Origin: Nemertoderma westbladi
Lineage: Eukaryota; Animalia; Xenacoelomorpha
NCBI GenBank assembly: GCA_032718475.1
Contig: JAUCBJ010000321.1
Coordinates: forward strand, 30,994 to 94,993
DNA length: 64,000 nt
Direction of reading: 5' to 3'
This document shows positions 39,001 through 50,500 of the stretch, piece by piece. The first letter of the stretch is position 1, and each line of letters begins with the position of its first letter. The notes under the pieces were generated by a model. That model was given only the letters and a program-made list of their open reading frames with translations. It made no database searches and was not told where the DNA came from. A program made the position numbers and the translations under genes.

Positions 39001-42000
39001 CCTGTAGGAACTGCTGTCTCTGGAACTCTCATATAAACTCACCTGTAGGAACTGCTGTCTCTTGAACTCTCCTATAAACTCACCTGTAGGAACTGCTGTC
39101 TCTGGAACTCTCCTATAAACTCACCTGTAGGAACTGCTGTCTCTGGAACTCTCCTATAAACTCTACTGTAGGAACTGCTGTCTCTGGAACTCTCCTAAAC
39201 TCACCTGTAGGAACTGCTGTCTCTGGAACTCTCCTATAAACTCACCTGTTGGAACTGCTGTCTCTTGAACTCTCATATAAACTCACCTGTAGGAACTGTT
39301 GTCTCTGGAACTCTCCTATAAACTCACCTGTAGGAACTGCTGTCTCTGGAACTCTCCTATAAACTCACCTGTAGGAACTGCTGTCTCTGGAACTCTCCTA
39401 TAATCTCACCTGTAGGAACTGCTGTCTCTGGAACTCTCCTATAAACTCACCTGTAGGAACTGCTGTCTCTGGAACTCTCCTATAAACTCACCTGTAGGAA
39501 CTGCTGTCTCTGGAACTCTTCTAAACTCACCTGTAGGAACTGCTGTCTCTGGAACTCTCTTAAACTCACCTGTAGGAACTGATGTCTCTGGAACTCTCCT
39601 ATAAACTCTACTGTAGGAACTGCTCTCTCTGGAACTCTCCTAAACTCACCTGTAGGAACTGCTGTATCTGGAACTCTCCTATAAACTCTACTGTAGGAAC
39701 TGCTCTCTCTGGAACTCTCCTAAACTCACCTGTAGGAACTGCTGTCTCTGGAACTCTCATATAAACTCACCTGTAGGAACTGCTGTCTCTGGAACTCTCC
39801 TATAATCTCACCTGTAGGAACTGCTGTCTCTGGAACTCTCATATAAACTCACCTGTAGGAACTGCTGTCTCTTGAACTCTCCTATAAACTCACCTGTAGG
39901 AACTGCTGTCTCTGGAACTCTCCTATAAACTCTACTGTAGGAACTGCTGTCTCTGGAACTCTCCTAAACTCACCTGTAGGAACTGCTGTCTCTGGAACTC
40001 TCATATAAACTCACCTGTAGGAACTGCTGTCTCTTGAACTCTCCTATAAACTCACCTGTAGGAACTGCTGTCTCTGGAACTCTCCTATAAACTCACCTGT
40101 AGGAACTGCTGTCTCTGGAACTCTCCTATAATCTCACCTGTAGGAACTGCTGTCTCTGGAGCTCTCCTATAAACTCACCTGTAGGAACTGCTGTCTCTGG
40201 AACTCTCCTATAATCTCACCTGTAGGAACTGCTGTCTCTGGAACTCTCCTATAAACTCACCTGTAGGAACTGCTGTCTCTGGAACTCTCCTATAAACTCA
40301 CCTGTAGGAACTGCTGTCTCTGGAACTCTTCTAAACTCACCTGTAGGAACTGCTGTCTCTGGAACTCTCTTAAACTCACCTGTAGGAACTGATGTCTCTG
40401 GAACTCTCCTATAAACTCTACTGTAGGAACTGCTCTCTCTGGAACTCTCCTAAACTCACCTGTAGGAACTGCTGTATCTGGAACTCTCCTATAAACTCTA
40501 CTGTAGGAACTGCTCTCTCTGGAACTCTCCTAAACTCACCTGTAGGAACTGCTGTCTCTGGAACTCTCATATAAACTCACCTGTAGGAACTGCTGTCTCT
40601 GGAACTCTCCTATAATCTCACCTGTAGGAACTGCTGTCTCTGGAACTCTCATATAAACTCACCTGTAGGAACTGCTGTCTCTTGAACTCTCCTATAAACT
40701 CACCTGTAGGAACTGCTGTCTCTGGAACTCTCCTATAAACTCTACTGTAGGAACTGCTGTCTCTGGAACTCTCCTAAACTCACCTGTAGGAACTGCTGTC
40801 TCTGGAACTCTCATATAAACTCACCTGTAGGAACTGCTGTCTCTTGAACTCTCCTATAAACTCACCTGTAGGAACCGCTGTCTCTGGAACTCTCCTATAA
40901 ACTCACCTGTTGGAACTGCTGTCTCTGGAACTCTCCTATAAACTCTACTGTAGGAACTGCTGTCTCTGGAACTCTCCTAAACTCACCTGTAGGAACTGCT
41001 GTCTCTGGAACTCTCCTATAAACTCACCTGTTGGAACTGCTGTCTCTTGAACTCTCATATAAACTCACCTGTAGGAACTGTTGTCTCTGGAACTCTCCTA
41101 TAAACTCACCTGTAGGAACTGCTGTCTCTGGAACTCTCCTATAAACTCACCTGTAGGAACTGGTCTCTGGAACTCTCCTATAATCTCACCTGTAGGAACT
41201 GCTGTCTCTGGAACTCTCATATAAACTCACCTGTAGGAACTGCTGTCTCTTGAACTCTCCTATAAACTCACCTGTAGGAACTGCTGTCTCTGGAACTCTC
41301 CTATAAACTCTACTGTAGGAACTGCTGTCTCTGGAACTCTCCTAAACTCACCTGTAGGAACTGCTGTCTCTGGAACTCTCCTATAAACTCACCTGTAGGA
41401 ACTGCTGTCTCTGCAACTCTCCTAAACTCACCTGTAGGAACTGCTGTCTCTGGAACTCTCCTATAAACTCACCTGTAGGAACTGCTGTCTCTGGAACTCT
41501 CCTAAACTCACCTGTAGGAACTGCTGTCTCTGGAACTCTCCTATAAACTCACCTGTAGGAACTGCTGTATCTGGAACTCTCCTAAACTCACCTGTAGGAA
41601 CTGCTGTCTCTGGAGCTCTCCTATAAACTCACCTGTTGGAACTGCTGTCTCTGGAACTCTCCAATAAACTCACCTGTAGGAACTGCTGTCTCTGGAACTC
41701 TCCAATAAACTCACCTGTAGGAACTGCTGTCTCTGGAACTCTCCTAAACTCACCTGTAGGAACTGCTGTCTCTGGAACTCTCCTATAAACTCACCTGTAG
41801 GAACTGCTGTCTCTGGAACTCTCCTATAAACTCACATATAGGAACTGCTGTCTCTGGAACTCTCCTAAACTCACCTGTAAGAACTGCTGTCTCTGGAACT
41901 CTCCTATAAACTCACCTGTAGGAACTGCTGTCTCTGGAACTCTCCAATAAACTCACCTGTAGGAACTGCTGTCTCTGGAACTCTCCTATAAACTCACCTG

Positions 42001-44037
42001 TAGGAACTGCTGTCTCTGGAACTCTCCTATAAACTCACCTGTAGGAACTGCTGTCTCTGGAACTCTTCTAAACTCACCTGTAGGAACTGCTGTCTCTGGA
42101 ACTCTCTTAAACTCACCTGTAGGAACTGATGTCTCTGGAACTCTCCTATAAACTCTACTGTAGGAACTGCTCTCTCTGGAACTCTCCTAAACTCACCTGT
42201 AGGAACTGCTGTCTCTGGAACTCTCCTATAAACTCTACTGTAGGAACTGCTCTCTCTGGAACTCTCCTAAACTCACCTGTAGGAACTGCTGTCTCTGGAA
42301 CTCTCATATAAACTCACCTGTAGGAACTGCTGTCTCTGGAACTCTCCTATAATCTCACCTGTAGGAACTGCTGTCTCTGGAACTCTCATATAAACTCACC
42401 TGTAGGAACTGCTGTCTCTTGAACTCTCCTATAAACTCACCTGTAGGAACTGCTGTCTCTTGAACTCTCCTATAAACTCACCTGTAGGAACTGCTGTCTC
42501 TGGAACTCTCCTATAAACTCACCTGTAGGAACTGCTGTCTCTGGAACTCTCCTATAAACTCTACTGTAGGAACTGCTGTCTCTGGAACTCTCCTAAACTC
42601 ACCTGTAGGAACTGCTGTCTCTGGAACTCTCCTATAAACTCACCTGTTGGAACTGCTGTCTCTTGAACTCTCATATAAACTCACCTGTAGGAACTGTTGT
42701 CTCTGGAACTCTCCTATAAACTCACCTGTAGGAACTGCTGTCTCTGGAACTCTCCTATAAACTCACCTGTAGGAACTGCTGTCTCTGGAACTCTCCTATA
42801 ATCTCACCTGTAGGAACTGCTGTCTCTGGAACTCTCATATAAACTCACCTGGAGGAACTGCTGTCTCTTGAACTCTCCTATAAACTCACCTGTAGGAACT
42901 GCTGTCTCTGGAACTCTCCTATAAACTCTACTGTAGGAACTGCTGTCTCTGGAACTCTCCTAAACTCACCTGTAGGAACTGCCGTCTCTGGAACTCTCCT
43001 ATAAACTCACCTGTAGGAACTGCTGTCTCTGCAACTCTCCTAAACTCACCTGTAGGAACTGCTGTCTCTGGAACTCTCCTATAAACTCACCTGTAGGAAC
43101 TGCTGTCTCTGGAACTCTCCTAAACTCACCTGTAGGAACTGCTGTCTCTGGAACTCTCCTATAAACTCACCTGTAGGAACTGCTGTATCTGGAACTCTCC
43201 TAAACTCACCTGTAGGAACTGCTGTCTCTGGAGCTCTCCTATAAACTCACCTGTAGGAACTGCTGTCTCTGGAACTCTCCAATAAACTCACCTGTAGGAA
43301 CTGCTGTCTCTGGAACTCTCCAATAAACTCACCTGTAGGAACTGCTGTCTCTGGAACTCTCCTAAACTCACCTGTAGGAACTGCTGTCTCTGGAACTCTC
43401 CTATAAACTCACCTGTAGGAACTGCTGTCTCTGGAACTCTCCTATAAACTCACATATAGGAACTGCTGTCTCTGGAACTCTCCTAAACTCACCTGTAGGA
43501 ACTGCTGTCTCTGGAACTCTCCTATAAACTCTCCTGTAGGAACTGCTGTCTCTGGAACTCTCCAATAAACTCACCTGTAGGAACTGCTGTCTCTGGAACT
43601 CTCCTAAACTCACCTGTAGGAACTGCTGTCTCTGGAACTCTCCTTTAAACTCACCTGTAGGAACTGCTGTCTCTGGAACTCTCCTATAAACTCACTGTAG
43701 GAACTGCTGTCTCTGGAACTCTCCTAAACTCACCTGTAGGAACTGCTGTCTCTGGAACTCTCCTAAACTCACCTGTAGGAACTGCTGTCTCTGGAACTCT
43801 CCTAAACTCACCTGTAGGAACTGCTGTCTCTGGAACTCTCCTAAACTCACCTGTAGGAACTGCTGTCTCTGGAACTCTCCTAAACTCACCTGTAGGAACT
43901 GCTGTCTCTGGAACTCTCCTTAAACTCACCTGTAGGAACTGCTGTCTCTGGAACTCTCCTAAACTCACCTGTAGGAACTGCTGTCTCTGGAACTCTCCTA
44001 AACTCACCTGTAGGAACTGCTGTCTCTGGAACTCTCT
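33023..44037 (-). repeat. 39/41-bp minisatellite (~270 copies, ~11 kb) built from the RAD21 exon 1 end plus 5' splice site
   Basis: Minus-strand unit gagagttccagagacagcagttcctaCAG|GTGAGTtt(at)ag. The first copy is coding sequence (EFQRQQFLQ). Confidence 0.97.
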
Positions 44038-45303
44038 CTCGGTTTCGCGCTCCTTGTCTTCTCTGTCCATCAACCCAGTCGGTATCCGATGGTGCAGATT
44101 CTTCTGGTAGAACTGCTGGATCCCCAGACTGGAATCCCGTCCTGGAATCGTAAACAACTTCTCTACCCCGCCTACGTCCTTCCAATGCATGAGACGCTTG
44201 GTAGGGGGCGCTAAATCCAGGGTGGACACGATGTCCGAGGTATCCTCTATCTGGGATCGCATCGTCTGTCCGGTGATCTTTATCGCCTCGTCGACGATCA
44301 GCTTTCGTTTCCGTCGGACTTTCGGGACCTCCGTTGACGCCGCGGTTCCCGCGTCCAGCGGTTCCAACGCGAACTCCCCGCCGGGTTTATCCCGTTCTTC
44401 CGTCAGAGTTGAGAGCTCCGGGTGGACAATCGGGGCGTCGGCGGGGATGGCGTAGGAGTCTACGGGTCGGGGCTGTTCCGTGGACTCCCCGGCGGGTCGC
44501 GTGGGCTCCTCCTCCCGCCGCTCCTCCACCTCCGTTACGTCCCGAGCCGGCGTCAACGGAGGCGCGACCAGCACACTCGCCTCTTCTCGCGACTCCTCCA
44601 CGGGTTTAGCCTCACTCATTAGAACCTCCTCGTGTTCCTCGAAGAGTTTCCCCTTGAGGACTCCCCCGAGTATTCCGTCGTCTCCGAACCCCTCATCCCC
44701 AAATCCCGCCGCAGGGGTTCGGGGCTCTTCCAGTAGGAAATCCCGAGAGGCGTCCCGGGACTCCTCCGGAAGCTGGGCCCGGAAGAGTTCCTGTTCCGTG
44801 AGGTGCATGTCCCCGAAGGTGTCCTGCTCCGGAGCGAGCGATATCGTCCCGAGGTCTTCCTTCAACGTGATGTCCTCCACACGCGACTGATTAAGAGAGA
44901 AATGCATCTCCAAATCCTGGAGATCCCCAAGGCCGATCTCGAAAGCGGCGTCGAACTCGCTGAATACGTCCGGAAGGGTTATCTGATTGAGTACCGCCTC
45001 CCGATTCTCCTCTGGCAGATCGACGGCACCGGGTCGGAAGGCCATCTTAATCTTGAGGAAGGCCTCATTGCAGTCGGCGAGCAGGTACTTGGCCTTCCGA
45101 CTGTAGATGCGGACGACGCCCAGCAGTAAATGGCCGCTGGTTCGCAGCGCGAGGTTCACTTTCGGTTCGAGGATGTTGCAAACACTGTCCTCAAGATTAG
45201 TTTCGTAGATTTGATTTTTCGTAAGTTTTTTGTCCCAATGAGCTGCCAACCAAATCTTGGCCAAAGGGCCTTTTTTTGTTAAAATTAAATTGGCGTAAAA
45301 CAT
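44008..45303 (-). CDS. RAD21: Cohesin kleisin subunit RAD21/SCC1, exon 1
   Basis: MFYANLILTKKGPLAKIWLAAHWDKKLTK...LRTSGHLLLGVVRIYSRKAKYLLADCNEAFLKIKMAFRPG (Rad21/Rec8 N-domain), RKRKLIVDE and LDLAPPTKRLMHWKD (PDS5/STAG-binding region). 432 codons to the first donor CAG|GTGAGT at 44008/44007, phase 0. Confidence 0.95.
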
Positions 45304-45596
45304 TTTACTTAGAGCATAGAGCTGTAGAGTTCAGTTTACCGGTAGGAAGTTAGATTGTAGATACTGCAGTACTGAGATAGGCCTATCAACTATCAGCCTA
45401 TGGCCAATGGCAGTATGGGAATACTGGAATACTGGAATATGGAAAAGTTACCGGCTCTGCCGGTGGCGTACAAAGCTGCAAAGCAGAAATGTCTGACTGT
45501 CTGAAGGTTGAACAGTTGAAATAATAATTATATAATACTAATACATGTCAGCTCAGCATGTACCGGCTGACCGGTAACGGTACCGTACTAATGCGA

Positions 45597-46161
45597 CCAG
45601 ACTGGAATCTCTATGTTCAGCACGCCGGAGGTGCGCCGGGCGTAAAATAATTTGCGCCAACCGACACTAAATTTACGCCTACCACAAAACTATGTCCCTA
45701 GCACATATAAAATGTGCGCCAACAAAGAAAGTTTAAAAATTAATATTAATTACCTTATATCGTATTGAATTGAATTGAGTTTATACTTTTTATAGTAAAT
45801 AAGATATTTAGTAGATATACCATATACAAGATTACAAGAATACAAATTGTACACTTCAACAATAACAAAGTGAGAAATAACAGTTTGCTGTAAGAGTTTT
45901 AACAAATTACTATAAAAATACCAACAATAATAACATGGTAACTGGTTGAGTTTGAGTTAATCTGATACATAGCTAGGCATGGACACTTCTCAGATTGAGA
46001 GCCTAGTTGGTCCACAACCTTACTAATTTCTACGCCAGCACTTGCTGACTTGCTTATATGCCTCGGCTGCGCCGAGGCATTAGTTTCTGCGCCGGCCTGC
46101 GCCGGCACTTGCTTCTGTGCGCCAGAGATCTCCCTGAAAGTGCCGAGAGATTCCAGTCTGG
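45597..46161. mobile_element. Non-autonomous DNA transposon with 8-bp TSD (hAT-like)
   Basis: 16-bp perfect TIR ccagactggaatctct / agagattccagtctgg. TSD taatgcga at 45589-45596 and 46162-46169. Subterminal gcgcc repeats. Confidence 0.88.
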
Positions 46162-46964
46162 TAATGCGATGTATGGTTAATGCTTAATGGTTTGAATTGA
46201 CCAGAACGACGTTGTTCGTGCACTGTATTATACTGTTATAACGAACCTGCCTTTAGGTACTGTAGGGTAGTTTTTGTACTAAGTTGGAGGCTGAAAGAAA
46301 TTGGGGATCTATCTATGTGGCGGTGGCGGGAGGGCTTTATTGTTTCTCCACAAAATGGCTCGGCCGCACGAGCATTTAAAGAAAAACTGTGAAACAGGTA
46401 TCGAATGACATGTTCTATAGTTAGTTGGTGAGAAAAAAGTTTGAAAATTTTAGTCCAAAGGGTGCCGAGAAATTCGCACATATTGGCTTTTTGCACAGGT
46501 CCTATGAGGTTTAAAATACGCATTTCACCTGATTTTTAGCGGTTCTACAAGTGGGAACTAATTATTTTACATGGTAAGAATAACTTATATTTATTAAAAA
46601 TTATATTGCTAGATTCCCCATATCGCATTATATCGAAGTCTTTTAATTTAATTCATTTAAGAAATTTATGTTAAGAATGTACATGTTTTTAATTTTAATT
46701 GATTGAAATGATTTATTGATATTTATTGTTGAATTTTCAATGCTGGACACATCTCTCCATTGCCCAGGTAGATTAGCCTTCTTAATTCAGCCGCCTAGCT
46801 AGAACTCCAGCCTTGCTTGCTTCCATCCAATCACAGACTAATAATTACCTACTATTATCTAATGAATAATGTATTGACAATAGATATCATATTGCCGGTA
46901 GGTTCAATGAACTGTGTTTATTACACGAACGGATGAAGTGGTACAGTAGTCAGTCATTAACCCG

Positions 46965-47282
46965 CCAATGTGAAGAATACCATGATTTCACTTTTCAGTC
47001 GACTTTTTATTGGAATTTATTAATTAAATATAATAGTCTGATGCAGACCGGTAGGTCGAAAACGTTTACTATTGTTATCTGTAATTAATATAATAAAGCA
47101 GCTAAAGACCCTCAATATTTTATTTCTATCAACCACACTATGTTACCGCTGGTTATTGGGTTTTATAGCGCTTATTTCTGTCTTATAACTTGTACATATA
47201 CTAATTCGTTTATTGTTTTGGTTAAATTCAACCCTTCTGTAACCTGTGTTTTTGGTGAAAGCCTGGTATTCTTCACATAGGG
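46965..47282. mobile_element. MITE-like element (copy 2 of the 7648-7932 family)
   Basis: atgtgaagaatacca.gatttcacttttc.gtcgactttttattggaattt ... gtgaaagcctggtattcttcacat is shared with copy 1. Confidence 0.6.
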
Positions 47283-47539
47283 ATAACTGTACATCTTCAC
47301 ATCTTGACATGGGCTGTTCATTCATTTTCGAAAAGTAGGTAATGCAAGTTAACTCATTTTCTTTTTTTTTGGGGGGGGGGGGGGGGGGGGGGGGTCCGTT
47401 TTATCAGAAAATGACACTAATTACGGGTCTTGATGTACTAACACCTTAGAACATTGAGTTTGAAGTTGATATGCTGAGTAAAGCTAAGGGATGATGGTAT
47501 GGTTGTAGAGTAATCCGAGGTATTCATACTCGTTTTGAA

Positions 47540-50500
47540 TTATAACTGGGTTGCCATCATAATGTGAATTTATCATTCCGAGCGAGATGGTCAGCGAAAC
47601 GACGGGATAACAATTGCATAAGTTGCCAAGTTTGCCGGCAGTATTCGTCTCCGTCTGTGATCTCCGATCGTGGGAGCATGGCTACAGGTTTCTTCAGTAG
47701 GAAGTGCGCGGGTGTTAGCGCTTCCAGGGAATCGGGACTCGATGAGACTGGCATAAGCGGTCTCTCATTGAGATAGGCGGCGATTTCCTCCATTAACGTC
47801 CGCAAAAGTTTGTCGGTGAGATACGCGCGGCATGGCACTATAAAGTGAAATGCTGTCTTCACGCTTTGGATTAATCTCTCCCAACTTCCTCCCCACCAAG
47901 GGGCGTCGGCGGAGTTGAAGGTCCAGCTAGATGCTGTTACCCTTAGCTGATCGTCCACCTGTCTTTGGTTCCAATCTTTTACGTAAGCCTGGATTTCGTT
48001 GTTGGCGCCAATGAAGTTCGTTCCCTTATCAGATCTCATCGTGTTACTAGTTCCAAAGCGAGCGATCTGTCAGCGTAAACTTAATACGAAGCTGTTGGTA
48101 GATAGATCGTTCACCATATCGACATGGATAGCTCTACAAGTCATACAGACAAAGATGACACACCATCTCATGACTATAGTCCTAGCATGATATACTTCAA
48201 TAGGGCCAAATAAATCCACATCGGTATTAGTAAAGGGTGGTTCATAGAAGCTTACTCGTTCCCTAGGTAATTCTGCCTCTCGCTGTGTTAAAGGCCTACT
48301 GGCCTACTCGAATTTCGCTAAGAACTCGTTCTCTGCCAGCATGATAAAGCTTACTGTGAACATCTACAATCATCTTGATTTGTATTTCAATGGGAAACTT
48401 AGTGTCAAAGGATAATGGAGCATTAGTTAGTCTTCCTCCAACACGTATTAACCCATCTATCATTGTGCTAGAGAAACGATCCCTTAAGCGCATCTGTGGA
48501 TTTCTCAACAACTGGAAATACTTATCGGAATCCTCATAGCATTGTAAGAGTCTCAGTATCTGCTTATTGGTTTCTTCATGCTCTTGGTAACTGATCTTCT
48601 CCTTTAGAAACCTATCGGATATCTTGTATTTGGGAAGATCTTTAACAACATGAACTTGTGCAGATGTCAGTGGAGCGGTATCACTAGTGGTCTTCGTCCT
48701 GGAGTAATGATGATGAAAACATCGCTTTAAATATGTGACGGCTTTACAGAGCCGATTCCAGGAACTATAGTGACGTATCGCTCTCTGCAGGAGAGGTGAG
48801 AGTCCTTGAGAGACGTCTGGTATTCCAGATTTCCAATCTCTCTCACGGATTTCCACAACAGACTTATTTGTGGCTGGGAATTTCGGATCCAAAGCGTCGT
48901 CTCCGGAAGTGTATAGTACAGACAGATCAGTCACGGGTTTAAATAATTTCGATTTACTCGCCCGAGTTTTAGGTTTGACTTTCTCCGCTCCCTTGGCTTG
49001 TCTAATCTCAGCCGTAGTAAGATGAGGAGGCCATTCATCCTCTTCCTTGCTTAGGAAGTCGGGTCTGCCTAACCAGTCTGGAGTATCTATCAGTTCTTGT
49101 GGAGTTGCTCCTCTGGAGGCGATGACGGCTGGATTAATCGTTCCGGGGCAATGTCTCCATTGATCTATCTTCGTACGACTAAGTATAATGGCTACTCTGT
49201 TGGTAACGAAGACGCTGAACTGACAGACTTCATTGGTTAGATACTCCAAAACGAGTAAAGCGTCGGTCCAATAGACAGTTTTCTCCAGTGGGTAGTCGAT
49301 CTGTTCTGATACATTCCGGCCGATGGCTGTAGCATATAGAGCCGCTTTTAACTCCGCTCGAGGAACTTTCAACTTGTTGTTAATCAAAGCCTTAGAGGTA
49401 ACCAATGCGACCTTGATTCCATCCGGAGTTTCAACTCTCAAGTAGGCTACTATACCTATTCCCATATCGCTGGCGTCTCCAAACACATGGAGTTGATAGG
49501 AATATGTAGGGAGAACATGACCAAAATATGAACGGGAAATTATAAAGTTCTCAATGGATGGTAGAGAATCTTCCCATTTCATCCACTTATTTAATAGTTC
49601 TCCCTTTAGTAGATCTTCCCATGAGTGATTTTCAAGCCATATTTGTTGTACTAAACTCCGAGCAATCAATATAACTGGGCTAATAAATCCCAATGGATCG
49701 AAATAAGTGCTCCGGATACTTAGACAAATCCGTTTAGTCCGAACTGGATTATCCCGCGGTTTTAGCTGGAAAAACAGGACATCTCTCTCCGTGTCCCATT
49801 TCAAGCCAAGCATCTTGGTTTCTGGAAGATTGTCATTGATTAGGTCTAGATCTTTTGCTCCTCGGTCTTCCACCATAATCGATTCCAGAAACTCACGGGA
49901 GTTGCTGGTGAATTTAGTCAATCGAAATCCACCTCTTTTCAAGCACTCTACCGTTCCTTTGGCAACGTCAATGGCTTCTTCCACCGATGGGAGGGACTTT
50001 AGATTGTCGTCCATGTATATATCCCATTTGATGTTGTCGATAACCTCTTTGGAGAAGGCGTCCCGGTTGTCGTCACCAGTGGTACGCACTACTGAGCAGG
50101 CGTTTGAAGGGCTCGAGATGATCCCAAAAGCCTGGATGGTCATCCAGTACTCCACCGGTTTCTGGTTGAGGTCTCCTTCAGGCCACCACAGAAATCGTAG
50201 GCTGTCTTGATCTCTATCCAGCGCCTTAACTTGTAAGAACATGCCTTCTATATCTGAGGCAAAAGCGATGGAATATTGTCGTAATCTTAAGAGTATTCCC
50301 AACAAGGATTGTAGTAAGTTGGGTCCTGGCAACAACTCGGAATTAAGGGATTGGCCCATGTAGAGGGCGGAGCCGTCAAATACTACACGTACTTCATTGG
50401 GTTTACCGGGTTTGGGAACGTAATGGTGTGTTAAATAGTACTTTAACTCAGTTATGGGTGTTCCTTCCGGTACTCGCTCCGCATATCCCTTATTTATGAA

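Noticed and set aside
17210-43889. Short repetitive ORFs within the satellites and microsatellite (e.g. YNGTYQCTAD, WLWLWL, MSLELSYKLYC)
   Set aside because: Chance translations of tandem repeats. The Ig-like look of GTYQC has no surrounding domain.
43684-44007. Repetitive C-terminus of the 539-aa ORF (VSLGEF../RRVPETAVPTGEF repeats) as the true RAD21 end
   Set aside because: It is read-through into the intronic array. The conserved C-terminal winged helix is encoded at 29558-30250, in matching phase.
10498-44037. CRISPR array interpretation of the 34-51-bp repeats
   Set aside because: Units are head-to-tail with no unique spacers, there are no cas genes, and the context is eukaryotic.
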